Assembly (NCBI GenBank): GCA_002371495.1
Contig: DFIX01000019.1
Coordinates: forward strand, 30,207-94,206
Origin: Eggerthellaceae bacterium UBA3686
GTDB lineage: Bacteria; Actinomycetota; Coriobacteriia; Coriobacteriales; Eggerthellaceae
Reading direction: 5' to 3'
Length of the DNA stretch: 64,000 nucleotides
In this document: positions 53,342 through 63,952 of the stretch, piece by piece
Layout: each line of letters begins with the position of its first letter
How positions within the stretch are numbered: position 1 is the first letter of the stretch
Program-made: the position numbers and the translations under genes
The notes under the pieces: generated by a model
What the model was told of the DNA's origin: nothing
Databases searched by the model: none
The model's input: only the letters and a program-made list of their open reading frames with translations

Positions 53342-56300
53342 TCAGCGTACGCTTACCTTCACTTTCTTGTACACGCCGTTATGGGCGTAGGCGTACACGT
53401 AGCAGGCGCCTCGTCCGACGCCCCTGATCTTGCCCTCGCCGTTGACGCTCGCCACCGAGGCGTTGGTGCTCAGGTAGCGCAGCGTGGCGGCATGCGCCTC
53501 GGACATGAGCTCCTTGCGCTTGTCGAGCTTGACGACACGCGCCTTCAGCTGGAACGTGCGGCCTTTCGCAAGCGATATGCTGGTCCTGTTCACCGAAACG
53601 CCCTTTGCGTTGGTGCAGTACCTGGTGCTGCCAGAGGTGTAGGCATGCACGAGGGAGCTTGTTTTCACGTAGACCTTCTTAGTTCCCACGATGACGTAGG
53701 CCCTCACACGTGCCTTGTAAGCCGTGCCGGCCCTGAAGCCCGCCTTCTTCCACGAAAGCGTAGAGCCGGCCTTCACGGTTGCGACCTTCTTGGGATACAG
53801 CACCTTGCCGTCGTGGTTGCACCGCGAGAGCATGACGTCATAGCCGTCGGCTCCGGCGACCTCGTTCCAGCTTATGGCCAGGCCGCGATTGCCCCGGGCT
53901 TTGATCTTCGCGAGCAGCGCGGCGTACTTCCTTGCCTTCGACGCGTACGTCGCCTTGTAGGTGGTCGGTTTGGTTACCTTCTTGACAGCGGGCGCCCATC
54001 CCTTGAAGGTGTAGGCGCGAAGCGCGCTGGCGGCACGCTTCGGGGTCTTGCCCGTGTACGTGGGCATTTGCCCGTAGGCGACTTCCGCGCTTTGCAGCAC
54101 GGTGCCGTCGTAGTTGACGAACTTCACCGTGTACTTGTTCACGGTCTCGGCGAACAGCGGCCGGTAGGTCGTGACCGAGCCCTCCACGATGCCGCCGTCC
54201 CAGCCGGCGAACTTGTAGGAGTACTTCACCGTGGCATGTTTAACAGGAGTTTTCCCATCGTAGGCGGGAGGCTTCTGTCCTTCGACGTAGGTTTTCTCCT
54301 GCAGCAAGGTCCCGTCGCCGTCGAGCCACCTTACGGTGGGAATCCCCTTGATGGCAAAGTCGCCCTTGGCCACGGCCACATCGTAGTTTTTATTGGCAAC
54401 GTACACGGCATCGAGCACGCCTCTGTAGGTGCCGGGCGCTTCGTCGCTGTTCGTGCGGACGTAGCGGACCTCGCCCAGGTCGCCTTCGGCCACGAGCCCC
54501 TCCACCGAGCCAGTGAAGGCCGGGTCGGCCGTGCCTTGGACTTTTGAAGCGCTATTAACCGTGATCGTGGCTTTGGCTGCCCCGATCGTGAGCGCGCCCG
54601 GCACGTAGACGATGGCGTAGTCGTCCTCCACTCTGCTCGAGCCTCTCGTAACGGCGGCATTGCCCGCAGTCAGATCGTAGCTGCCGACATCCTTCCCCTG
54701 GCCGTTGAGCACGACGCTCACGAGCACGTCTCCTTCCCGCAAGCCCTCGACCTTGACCTTTTCGGCAATCTCGGCTGGATCTTCGTAGACCGTGTCACCC
54801 TCTCCCTGGGTTTGTCCGTTGTAGGTGAAAGGCTGCGGCAAGGCCGTTATCGTGAGCCGGGGCTTGGGCGAGACGTGCGCAAAGATGTCGGCCTTGTCCT
54901 GTACGCAAATCATTTGCTTTGCTGCGGACGGGTCGGGGTCCCAGACCGGCTTCACCCCGACGGCGGTGTAGCCATCGAAGCGGTAGCCCTCGGCAACGGT
55001 TGTCTTTATATTCAGGTAGCCGCCGTCGCGTGCGATCACCGTGTTGGGCGCGCCCGCAACCGGTTCTCCACCGCTGAGCTCGACGTCGTTGAAATCGGCA
55101 TAGGCGGGATCCTTCGTCAGGCTGACGGTGCAGAAGTCGAACACGGCAGTGGCCGCGTTCTCCTTCCCGTAATTGATGTACGCGGCGGCTTTCGGATACC
55201 CGGGCGAGGCAAACTGAAGCATGTAGTCACCCTGAGGAAGCTGTCCCGGTCCCGTTCCCGGTGCGGATGCGTACGATGGGTCGAAGACGTATATGCCATG
55301 CTTGTATTCGATAGGAACCGAAAACGTCGCGCCGTCCTGAACCAGCGTGAAACAATCCTTCAAGTCCTCCTGCGGCGCGCCGTCCTTCGTCACCGTGACG
55401 ACGATCTGGCCGTTGTACACCCACTCAGCGGTTATGACCGAGTTGGCTACGTTCCCGTCAGCGTCGGGCGCGCCGCACAGGTTGCAGTACTCCTCGCCGT
55501 CCTCGTAGAACGATCCGAACCCGGTGCCGAACCACCCGTGCAACGTCATCCCGCCGGAATCCCAGCCGAAATCGCTGTCGGAATAAGGATAGAGCCTGAC
55601 GGGTCGGTCGAAGTACGCCGTCTGGATGTGCTTCTGACTCCCCGCATCGTCCGACCAGTACTCGATCGTGTAGGGCTTCCCCCACCACTGCGCGTAGAGC
55701 GTCACCGCACCGCCGTCCTTTGTCAGGCCCTGCACCTCTTCCTTGTCGGCGTAAGGCGTCCCCGTGCCGTCCGCCTTGGAGTTCCAGCCCGTGAACTCAT
55801 ACCCGGGCAGGAAGTATCCGTTCGTGCTGAGCGCCTTCGTCTCGTCGTAGGCAAAGCTCTGATCCTCCATGGTCCCCGAACACGCCGTGGACGCGCTCGC
55901 CGGCACGTTGGCGTCGAAGCACACGGAGTAGTTGGGGTTCTTGATGGTGAAATCGCCCTTGACCACGCTCACGTCGTAATTCGGATTGGCGGCGTACACG
56001 GCGTCGAGCACGCCTCTGTAGGTGCCTTGCGCCTCGTCATCGTTCGTGCGGACGTAGCGGACCTCGCCCAGATCGCCCACGTCCACGAGCCCCTCCGCCG
56101 TGCCGGTAAAGATTGGGTCTGGCTCGCCCTGGGCTTTGGAAGCGCTCTCGACCGTGATGGTCGCCAGCTTCGGCGTTATCCGAAACTCCACTGGGCACGT
56201 GCCCATACAACCGGGCCCGATGCCCGTCACCGTACCGTGCGCCGTGCCCACATTCCTGTTGTCCTGCCATGTAACCGTGTAGTCCCTGCCCTGCACAAGC

Positions 56301-58984
56301 TGGGCTTCGCCCACCGACACCTTCAGCGCAGGCGCGATATCCGCACCCGTGAACGTTTGATCGGATACCGCCTCTACCGTAGCCTGGGAGATGTCAGCCT
56401 GAACGATCTTGAAGCTGGCCTCCTTCGAGCCCGTAAGCCACGCGCAGTCTTTCACGGGCGTGAGCGTCATCGTGGCCGCGCCCACGTCCGTGTTGTTCTC
56501 ATACCCATCTGAATCGACCTTGTAGTCCACGCCCAAGTCGAGCGGCACGGTATATTCCTTGCCGCCGCGGTCGAGCAGCATCACCTCGCTGGGAACCGGC
56601 GTCACCGCTTGGCCCGTATACACCTGGTCGGGTACTTTCACCTGCGTTTTATCCAGATCGGCTGGTTTGATGGTAAACGTGAAGGTCTTCTTGCCCTGGA
56701 AGTTGCCCTTGCCCTCTATCGTGATCGTCGCCTTATCGCTCGCCATCTTGTTGTGCTCGTATCCGGCGATCGTGTAATCCCGGTCCTTTATGAGATTGTA
56801 TATATGACCGCTGTTGTCCGGCACGTCTTGCAGGAAGTCATATGCTCCGAGCCGTGCATAGAAACCGGGATCGGGTTCCCAATTCCTGTTGTCCCAGACG
56901 CAGGCAGGCGAGATATCCATCATCTGCACGCCGTCCATGTTCGACTTGACGATTTCGTATTCGATGATCCGGTACCCCGTGAAATAGGGGGCGTTGCCTG
57001 TCACCACGACCTTCTGCGTACCCACCGACGTGCAGTCATAACCCAGCAACGGCTCTACCGTGAGATTGCCGTCCTCGCCCCCGACAGGATCGGTCCTCAA
57101 CCAACGCGTAGCGGTCACTTCGGGGATGGCCTGCTCGCCGGTCCAGTTCTCGACGGCACTCCAGTTCAGCTTGACGTCGTTTGCCTCCTTGGTATGCGTT
57201 GCCTCGTCGCCGATGGCGACCGGCACGTATTCCCGGTCGCTTGCGGGAAGCGCTATGGGATAGAACTGCGGATCGCCGAGGATATGGGGCTCGAACCAGG
57301 AGTAATCCGCGGTCGACCCGTACGTGACCTTGAACTTGAACGTGTCTCTGGCCTGGTTGACTATCCATCGTTCAAAGAAATCGCTATCCGAGGGAGGCTT
57401 GAAGGCACCGCTCGAATTCGGCATCCGCATGGCCTTGATGGCCATGTGCTTGCCGTGATCGCAGCTGAATGCCTGCGCATCGATGTTTTGCAGCGAGTCG
57501 GACAGATTCACGGTTTCGAGCTTGAGGCAGTTGTAGAAAGCGTGGTGCCCAATGGTCGTAACGCCTTCGGGCAACGTTACCTCCGTCAAGCTCGTGCACC
57601 CGCTGAACGCTTCGCTTTCGATGGTGCTGAGCGATGTCGTGTTGAAGCTGACGCTCGAAAGCGAAGTGCACCCCTTGAACGCGCTCGAGCAAAGCTCTTT
57701 CACGCTGGCTGGAAACTCTATTTTCTTCAGGGCAGTACATCCCTTGAAGGCCTCGCTGCCGATGTGGTTGATTTTCGTATCGCTCGGAAACCTCACCTCG
57801 GTGAGCAACGTTTTGTCCAGAGCGGCAAAGTCGGCTATTCTCGTGACCGAGCGATACCCTATTTTCGCGGGCACCGTCACGGCCCTGTGCTTGGACGAGG
57901 GGACGATGCGGTTGATCGCGATGGCATCGCCGCCCTGGGTGACGAAATAGGTCATATACGCCATGCCCTTCGTCCAGCCGGCGTATTTCATGTCGGACTC
58001 GGACGGGTCGACGCCTGCATCATGTGTGGGAAAGATCATCAACTCGAGGGCGCTGCAGCCTTCGAACACATCGGATTTCTGCACTTGCGGGAGCGCCTTG
58101 CCATAGACCACGACCTTGAGCGACGTGCAGTTCGCAAACGCCTTATCGCCGATCGCGCCAACATGGTCGGGCAAACACACTTCTTCGAGAGCGGCGCACC
58201 CGTCAAAGGCGTGCAAGCTTATGATCGAGATGTCCGAACCCCTGAACCGAAGGGAGGCGACGCTCTTGCAGTTAGAGAACGCGTACAACCCTATCCACTG
58301 CAAGGAAGCCGGCAGCTCGAGGCTCTCGAGCGATTCGCAGTTCAGAAACGCGTTGATCCCGATGTGGTCCAGCTTGCTGGCCGGCGGGATGTTGGCTTGT
58401 TTGAGGCTTGTGCAATCGGCGAACGCGTCGTTCCCGATCGTTCCGACGCTCGCGGGGATATCCACCGCTTCGAGCGCCGTGCAACCCTGGAAGCAAGACG
58501 TCGGGATCACGCCGAGCTCCTCCACTGCCGTGAGGTCCACGTACGTCAGGCTCGTGCAGTTCTCGAACGCATTTTCGCCCAGGCTAACCACCGACGAGGG
58601 GAAGGTCACTTTGGTAATCTGCGTATTGCCCTTGAAGACCTCGTTGGCGACTCCTCCCACGCGATGGCCGTCTATGGTCTCGGGAATGTTTATTTGGGTG
58701 ACGCCGTCTTTTAGGGCGTAGCCGGTAATGGTGGCATCTCCGGACAGGTCCTCTACGTAGGTCCACGTCACGTCCGGATCGGCCGCGGCCGCTATCCGCC
58801 CCGTCGTCAAGGGAGGTTCCGCTGCCGCAGCAGTCAGCCTAAGCGCCGGTGCGCCAAGCGCGAGCAGCACTAAGAGCACCATGCCAACGATGGCCAGCAG
58901 AAACCGGCTACCGCCTCGCGGGAGGCGAGCTGGCGCTTCGGCTCCGTTTCTCTTTGCTGGGCACAGGACAAACAACGTGCTCAT
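53342..58984 (-). CDS. giant (1880-aa) cell-surface protein: signal/anchor, BspA-type LRRs, MBG domains, Listeria-Bacteroides (Flg_new) repeats, FN3, C-terminal Big_2
   Basis: N-terminal hydrophobic segment FLLAIVGMVLLVLLALGAPAL. Many LRR_5 units (e.g. IPASVGTIGNDAFADCTSLKQANI). Two MBG-like units (...GEVRYVRTN(D/S)DEA.GTYRGVLDAVY.AN.NYDV...). Flg_new-like units (GYEFTGWNSKADGTGTPY...VTLYAQW). Big_2-like end (VSVNRTSISLAKGRTFQLKARV...). No LPxTG. Confidence 0.85.
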   Translation of the reverse strand: MSTLFVLCPAKRNGAEAPARLPRGGSRFLLAIVGMVLLVLLALGAPALRLTAAAAEPPLTTGRIAAAADPDVTWTYVEDLSGDATITGYALKDGVTQINIPETIDGHRVGGVANEVFKGNTQITKVTFPSSVVSLGENAFENCTSLTYVDLTAVEELGVIPTSCFQGCTALEAVDIPASVGTIGNDAFADCTSLKQANIPPASKLDHIGINAFLNCESLESLELPASLQWIGLYAFSNCKSVASLRFRGSDISIISLHAFDGCAALEEVCLPDHVGAIGDKAFANCTSLKVVVYGKALPQVQKSDVFEGCSALELMIFPTHDAGVDPSESDMKYAGWTKGMAYMTYFVTQGGDAIAINRIVPSSKHRAVTVPAKIGYRSVTRIADFAALDKTLLTEVRFPSDTKINHIGSEAFKGCTALKKIEFPASVKELCSSAFKGCTSLSSVSFNTTSLSTIESEAFSGCTSLTEVTLPEGVTTIGHHAFYNCLKLETVNLSDSLQNIDAQAFSCDHGKHMAIKAMRMPNSSGAFKPPSDSDFFERWIVNQARDTFKFKVTYGSTADYSWFEPHILGDPQFYPIALPASDREYVPVAIGDEATHTKEANDVKLNWSAVENWTGEQAIPEVTATRWLRTDPVGGEDGNLTVEPLLGYDCTSVGTQKVVVTGNAPYFTGYRIIEYEIVKSNMDGVQMMDISPACVWDNRNWEPDPGFYARLGAYDFLQDVPDNSGHIYNLIKDRDYTIAGYEHNKMASDKATITIEGKGNFQGKKTFTFTIKPADLDKTQVKVPDQVYTGQAVTPVPSEVMLLDRGGKEYTVPLDLGVDYKVDSDGYENNTDVGAATMTLTPVKDCAWLTGSKEASFKIVQADISQATVEAVSDQTFTGADIAPALKVSVGEAQLVQGRDYTVTWQDNRNVGTAHGTVTGIGPGCMGTCPVEFRITPKLATITVESASKAQGEPDPIFTGTAEGLVDVGDLGEVRYVRTNDDEAQGTYRGVLDAVYAANPNYDVSVVKGDFTIKNPNYSVCFDANVPASASTACSGTMEDQSFAYDETKALSTNGYFLPGYEFTGWNSKADGTGTPYADKEEVQGLTKDGGAVTLYAQWWGKPYTIEYWSDDAGSQKHIQTAYFDRPVRLYPYSDSDFGWDSGGMTLHGWFGTGFGSFYEDGEEYCNLCGAPDADGNVANSVITAEWVYNGQIVVTVTKDGAPQEDLKDCFTLVQDGATFSVPIEYKHGIYVFDPSYASAPGTGPGQLPQGDYMLQFASPGYPKAAAYINYGKENAATAVFDFCTVSLTKDPAYADFNDVELSGGEPVAGAPNTVIARDGGYLNIKTTVAEGYRFDGYTAVGVKPVWDPDPSAAKQMICVQDKADIFAHVSPKPRLTITALPQPFTYNGQTQGEGDTVYEDPAEIAEKVKVEGLREGDVLVSVVLNGQGKDVGSYDLTAGNAAVTRGSSRVEDDYAIVYVPGALTIGAAKATITVNSASKVQGTADPAFTGSVEGLVAEGDLGEVRYVRTNSDEAPGTYRGVLDAVYVANKNYDVAVAKGDFAIKGIPTVRWLDGDGTLLQEKTYVEGQKPPAYDGKTPVKHATVKYSYKFAGWDGGIVEGSVTTYRPLFAETVNKYTVKFVNYDGTVLQSAEVAYGQMPTYTGKTPKRAASALRAYTFKGWAPAVKKVTKPTTYKATYASKARKYAALLAKIKARGNRGLAISWNEVAGADGYDVMLSRCNHDGKVLYPKKVATVKAGSTLSWKKAGFRAGTAYKARVRAYVIVGTKKVYVKTSSLVHAYTSGSTRYCTNAKGVSVNRTSISLAKGRTFQLKARVVKLDKRKELMSEAHAATLRYLSTNASVASVNGEGKIRGVGRGACYVYAYAHNGVYKKVKVSVR

Positions 58985-58987
58985 CGC

Positions 58988-61900
58988 TTACACCTCCTCG
59001 CCTTCCTGTGCGCTGCGGACTTCGCGCTCGTTAAGCAGACGGCGGGCCGAGTAGCCGGCGGCGAGGGCGGCCGCGCCGGCCGCCGCAAGGGCAAACGGTC
59101 CCAGCGGCGCCAGTTCGTCGCCCGTTTTCGGGCTGTTTCCCCTGGTCTCGACCGTGCCGCCACCCGAGCCTCCGCCCGAGCCGCCACCCGTGCCGCCACC
59201 GCCATCGTCCTTGTCATCCGGGTCGTCCGGGTTATCAGGCTCATCCGGGTCGTCCGGGTCATCGGGGCTCGGCGTGGTGCTCACCTGCTCTGCCGGGTCG
59301 TACACCGCACCCTTGCCCTGAGCGCTGTTCACAATCGAAACACCCCCCTGTTTGGCCACGTAATAGTGATGCACGCCGTCTGCAAGGGCACGCACCACAA
59401 GGCCGTTCTCCTCCACGGTGAAGTCGACGGGCACAGTCTCCATCGCGGCTTGCGCCCGCAAACCGGGAGCCGTCATCTTCGGCGTCCAGGCATTGGCTAT
59501 GCGCAAGATAATGGTCTTGTCTCCTTCCCAATTACTGGGAATCTTGAACTCAGCCGGATACGAGATCTTCTTGCCGGGCATCAACATGCCCTTCTTCTCT
59601 TCGGCGGAAAGCTGCGGGGTTTCCGACGCCGTGTGTCCCCAGCCCATATGAGCTGCGGTAAGCGCTATCTTCGACGGCTCGATCTCGCCCACCTGCACCG
59701 TGTCGACCACCTTTCCGCCATCGTCGGGGTCGAGCATCTGCACTTCGAAGCCGCCGATGATGAGGTTTCCGTGATTGCGGATGTCCATCGAGAACGACGC
59801 GGTGTGGCCGGCGCACACGAAGGCAACCGTCGGCACGAAGGCCTCGATCTCCGCCGACAGGACGTTGGGCACGCCGATGTAATGAATGTCTGCCAGACTT
59901 TTGTCCGCGTCGGTGATGTGGGTGGCTACGAACGCGCTCGTCTCGTCTTCCAGGCTCAGGACCTCGAAATGGTCGATGGGATGGTCAACTTCGCAGAAGG
60001 GGAAGTCCTCGCAGAACTTACCGTTCATCAGCCGCGATGCCATGATATGGCGTATGGTGTCGTCGCCTGTCCCGGTAACGGTGCTGCTCGTGAAAGTGGC
60101 CTTGGGGTTGCTGTCCTTCCTGTCGCGGTACGCCTCGTAGTAGAAAAGGTAATCGCCGCTGGGGCTGACGCAGAACGATGCGCCCTTGATCCCCGCCGCG
60201 TCCACCTGCTGTGCGGTGAAGCGCTTCTGGTCTTTCGCAAGCGGATCGAACGAACCCTGGTACAGATGGTAATCGGTCTCGGAGGACTTCTGCGAGGACG
60301 GGCGCTCCTTGACGTACAGGAACGTCCCGTGCTGTGGCCAGGGCTGTATTTCGGGCAGCTTGTCCGCGCTCTCGATGCAATGCGTTATCTTGAGCTGGCT
60401 GAAATCGCCGCCTGGCGGGATGGTCGCCGTGCACACGTCGTAGCCCTGCTGATGATTCACCAGAAGGGTGAGCAGCGCATCGTATTTCTCTGCGACCGCA
60501 TTGCCTGCCACGCCGGTCATGCCGAACACGTCGGCGGCCAGCGTCACGCTGGGATCTTCCTTCAAATCCTTCGGGAACGACAGGTAATCGCCGCGCATGT
60601 AGCAATGCCCCACGCAGAACGTAACCGAAGCGCCGGTCGATGCCAGCCCGTTCGCGCTGCCGGAGCTGCGGCGCAAGAAAGCGTAGGCCAAGGAGCCGCT
60701 TGCGCCGTGGGGTGCGAACCCGTCGACGATGCACGGGCTGCACACCATGTGCTCCTCGTTCTCGTTGAACGCGAGCTTGGCGTCGGTTTTGTCGTTCGCG
60801 CTCACGCCGCGCACCATGACTTCGAGCACTTCGAGGTTTGCGTTGATGGCCAGAACCGCGACGGTGCACTGGGAAGCAGCTTGGTGGAAGGACGTGCTAT
60901 CGCCTTCAGGACGCAAGCCGCCGGTGACGATGAGGCAGGCCTCGGCGTCTTGGGCCCACTTCTTGCTGCCCGAACGGACCACGATGTCGAACTCGTAGTC
61001 GTATATCTTTATGCGCGGCAGGTCGCGGTTGCCCGTGCCGTATTCGAGGACCTTCGGCTCGCCCCACGTTTGCGTCGCATCGTCGAACCTCGACCCCACC
61101 ACGCGGCTGCGGCAATAGCTTCCGCCCTCGGCTTCGGGATACTTGACGGTCGCCACGCGGAACAGGTAGAGCGCGCCGCCTATGGAAACCACGCGCTGAC
61201 GCGGATCGCTGTGGATACCCTTGTAGATGATGGAGTTCACCTTGGGAACGACGCCGTCGTGCAGCCCAACGCCCCCGACACCCGCAGGCCCGCACGGCTC
61301 GCCGGTGGTCTTGCCGGCCACGACGTCGTATTCGTATTCCCGCGGCACGCCCAGCGCGAAGCCGAGCAGCGGATCGCCCTCGAAGCGGGAAGCGCTCCGC
61401 ACGTCTATCGTCGCAGCCATGAGCGCTGTGGCGGCAGCGCCGGCGTTAGGGCCTGAAGCCCCGGCAGCTGCCGGCGCGTCGCCCGAGCTGCTGGCGGGAG
61501 CGAGCGCCGCGATCGTGTCGGATGTCATCTCGCCGAAATAGAACGTGTTGGCGCCTTCGCAATCTACCAGCTCGGTGGTTATCTCGCCGTCCTCGCCCAC
61601 CACGGCCTTGGGCATCTTGCCCACGAACGCATAGGTCGGCGCGCCCACGCCCGCCACGTTGGCTTCGCGCCTGAAAACCCCGGTTACGCCGTCGACCGGC
61701 ACGAAATGAGCGCTGTGGGTTGCCTTGAAGGCTTCGAACTCGTCATCGGTAAGCGCGCTCACGTCAAGCGCGCTCGCGTCGTTTCCGCCGGACTTGCGCG
61801 CATCCGCCTCGCGCGAGCCCGTCATCATGGCATCGGTAGTCGCAACCGCATCGGCAAAGGGGTCTTCGAGGTTGCCCTTCAAGAGGGTCCCTTCGTTGTC

Positions 61901-63952
61901 GAAGATGTGCGAATGGCGCAACGTCCCGTCCTTCTGCGTCAGCCTGAACCGTGGCGGGATGCCTTCCCAGGCATCGTCGCCCGTCAGCGCATCCGCAACC
62001 GCTCCCTTCGTCTCCCAGCTATCGTACCAACCGGGGTCCGAGTAGCTATAGATCTGCCCCGAAAGCTTGAACAGCAGCACCTGAAGCACGACCTCCAAAA
62101 GGATGGTGACGCCGACGGTGGTGTGCGGGTCGGTATTGTCGTCGCCGCCCTTCTCCTTCCATCCGAAATAGATGGGAAACGCAAAGGAGGCGTCGAACGA
62201 GAGCGAGAAAAGGCCCCGGTAGCCGATGCCCAAGCTGACCGCGAGGATGAACTTCAGGAACAGGCCCGCAGACATGTTCACATTCCAGCCCATCTTGGCA
62301 AAGTCGATTTCCTTCACGGTCCTTTCCGACTTATACGCCCCCGCCACGTTGAAGCAGCCCAGGGCGGTCATGCCGAGCGTTACCGACAGGTATGCGGGGA
62401 ACGGCCCGAGCGTGAATTCCTGGGTGATGGTGCCGGAGATGCTGAAGCCGAGCTCCACCGTGCCTTCGCCCGAAAAGCTGCTCCAATCCTTGCCGAACCC
62501 ATCCCAATTGAGGAGAAGCGCCAAGCGGAAAATGATGTTGAGGTCGCAGTTGAGGAAGGGCTTGGAAGCCCCCTTGGCCTGCGGCATCTTGTCGTTTTCG
62601 TCGCCAGGGGCGTGCACCTCCTGCATCTCGACCTCTTTGCCGGCATTCTTCTTCGTTTCCAGATCTTCCTGTTTCCTGGCGAGCTCGTTGCGGAAACGGC
62701 TGAGCATATTTCCCTTGTGGTCTTTCTTCCAGTTGTCCTTGGGAGCCCAGCCGCCTTCGTCGGCGACCATCCGCACATCGGTTCCAAAGCCGATGGAGGT
62801 CGTCACGATCGTGGTCGAGATCTGCACCGGGGGAAACACATCCAGCACGGTGAAGCCCAACCCGTTGAAGCACGGCCACTTCTTCTTGTCTTGGGCCTCC
62901 GTCTTGAAGCTGAACGCGGCATTCGGGTTCGTGGTGAGGGGCAGGATGGGCTTTCCGACCGTCGCCTCGTCGAACGGCGTATCCTCGATGAGCATCTCGA
63001 GGTCATTCTGATACGATTTGCCCCCATAGGTCAGCGTGATGCGTATGATGACGTCGTCCTTTGTAATGCAATCAGCATGCCGGGCGTTCAGGAAATAACC
63101 CTCGAACGTGCACGTGGCCAGCCCCGATTTGGAATCGTAGCTCGCAGTGACGCTCCGCTTCTTCAGCACCACCGTTTTCTTGTCTGCGGCATCGAGGACC
63201 TCCATCGACACTCCCACATCGGATACCGCGCCCTTTATGCGCACGGCTATGACGTGCTTGTCCTCGTTCACCTTGCTGCGCAGGAACGTGAGCTTGGAGT
63301 AGTGGATGTCCCAGTCGTCGAACGTGCAGCGCTCCATGTACACGTCGGCAGAATCGGCCTTGTGCGTGCCGATGATGTAGCCGTAGGATCCTTCCAGGCA
63401 CACGCGGCCGGTCGAGAAGTCGCGCATCTTCACGCGCGCATCCTCGGTGGTCACGCCCATCTCGCAATTTGCGCGGTAGACGCCGTCGGTGCCGAGCGTC
63501 GGGAACGCAAGCTCCCGGATCGAGAGGATAACCTTGCCCTCCTCGTCGGTCTGGCCCGATACCGTCTTGCCGTTATAGAGCGAATTCAGGGTGACGGTGG
63601 CGTTTTCGACGGGTTTTGCCTTGTCCTGGATTTCCTTTTCGTCGAGATTCGACAAACCCGACACATCCAGTATCTGGATGCCGACCTCATCGGCGCCGAC
63701 CACCTTGAACGAAAACGAGCCGGACCATATGTTGTTGCTCGCGGCGTAGGCGCGCTGAGCGCCGAGTTGGCCAACGCCTGCGAAGAGCACGCCGCCGCGC
63801 TCCTTGGGAAGCATCATCATGCCAGCCGCCGCGAGCGCCGATGCGAAAAGGCCGCCGAGCATCGCGCGGCGCGACAGCATGGGCAAGCCCGTCGCCTCGT
63901 TTATCGAAGGCTCCTCGGATGCCGGCTCGGGCGGGCTAGCTTTAAACGCCAC
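58988..63952 (-). CDS. giant (at least 1654-aa) secreted protein with a twin-arginine-type leader and a C-terminal SPKTG sorting signal; start uncertain
   Basis: LSRRAMLGGLFASALAAAG...AQRAYAAS (Tat-like). The C-terminus has D/P- and G-rich linkers, then SPKTGD (59117-59134), a hydrophobic stretch and RR. The frame stays open upstream to the window edge (64000). The track start is GTG 63952; an ATG at 63880 directly precedes the RR motif. Confidence 0.8.
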   Translation of the reverse strand: MAFKASPPEPASEEPSINEATGLPMLSRRAMLGGLFASALAAAGMMMLPKERGGVLFAGVGQLGAQRAYAASNNIWSGSFSFKVVGADEVGIQILDVSGLSNLDEKEIQDKAKPVENATVTLNSLYNGKTVSGQTDEEGKVILSIRELAFPTLGTDGVYRANCEMGVTTEDARVKMRDFSTGRVCLEGSYGYIIGTHKADSADVYMERCTFDDWDIHYSKLTFLRSKVNEDKHVIAVRIKGAVSDVGVSMEVLDAADKKTVVLKKRSVTASYDSKSGLATCTFEGYFLNARHADCITKDDVIIRITLTYGGKSYQNDLEMLIEDTPFDEATVGKPILPLTTNPNAAFSFKTEAQDKKKWPCFNGLGFTVLDVFPPVQISTTIVTTSIGFGTDVRMVADEGGWAPKDNWKKDHKGNMLSRFRNELARKQEDLETKKNAGKEVEMQEVHAPGDENDKMPQAKGASKPFLNCDLNIIFRLALLLNWDGFGKDWSSFSGEGTVELGFSISGTITQEFTLGPFPAYLSVTLGMTALGCFNVAGAYKSERTVKEIDFAKMGWNVNMSAGLFLKFILAVSLGIGYRGLFSLSFDASFAFPIYFGWKEKGGDDNTDPHTTVGVTILLEVVLQVLLFKLSGQIYSYSDPGWYDSWETKGAVADALTGDDAWEGIPPRFRLTQKDGTLRHSHIFDNEGTLLKGNLEDPFADAVATTDAMMTGSREADARKSGGNDASALDVSALTDDEFEAFKATHSAHFVPVDGVTGVFRREANVAGVGAPTYAFVGKMPKAVVGEDGEITTELVDCEGANTFYFGEMTSDTIAALAPASSSGDAPAAAGASGPNAGAAATALMAATIDVRSASRFEGDPLLGFALGVPREYEYDVVAGKTTGEPCGPAGVGGVGLHDGVVPKVNSIIYKGIHSDPRQRVVSIGGALYLFRVATVKYPEAEGGSYCRSRVVGSRFDDATQTWGEPKVLEYGTGNRDLPRIKIYDYEFDIVVRSGSKKWAQDAEACLIVTGGLRPEGDSTSFHQAASQCTVAVLAINANLEVLEVMVRGVSANDKTDAKLAFNENEEHMVCSPCIVDGFAPHGASGSLAYAFLRRSSGSANGLASTGASVTFCVGHCYMRGDYLSFPKDLKEDPSVTLAADVFGMTGVAGNAVAEKYDALLTLLVNHQQGYDVCTATIPPGGDFSQLKITHCIESADKLPEIQPWPQHGTFLYVKERPSSQKSSETDYHLYQGSFDPLAKDQKRFTAQQVDAAGIKGASFCVSPSGDYLFYYEAYRDRKDSNPKATFTSSTVTGTGDDTIRHIMASRLMNGKFCEDFPFCEVDHPIDHFEVLSLEDETSAFVATHITDADKSLADIHYIGVPNVLSAEIEAFVPTVAFVCAGHTASFSMDIRNHGNLIIGGFEVQMLDPDDGGKVVDTVQVGEIEPSKIALTAAHMGWGHTASETPQLSAEEKKGMLMPGKKISYPAEFKIPSNWEGDKTIILRIANAWTPKMTAPGLRAQAAMETVPVDFTVEENGLVVRALADGVHHYYVAKQGGVSIVNSAQGKGAVYDPAEQVSTTPSPDDPDDPDEPDNPDDPDDKDDGGGGTGGGSGGGSGGGTVETRGNSPKTGDELAPLGPFALAAAGAAALAAGYSARRLLNEREVRSAQEGEEV

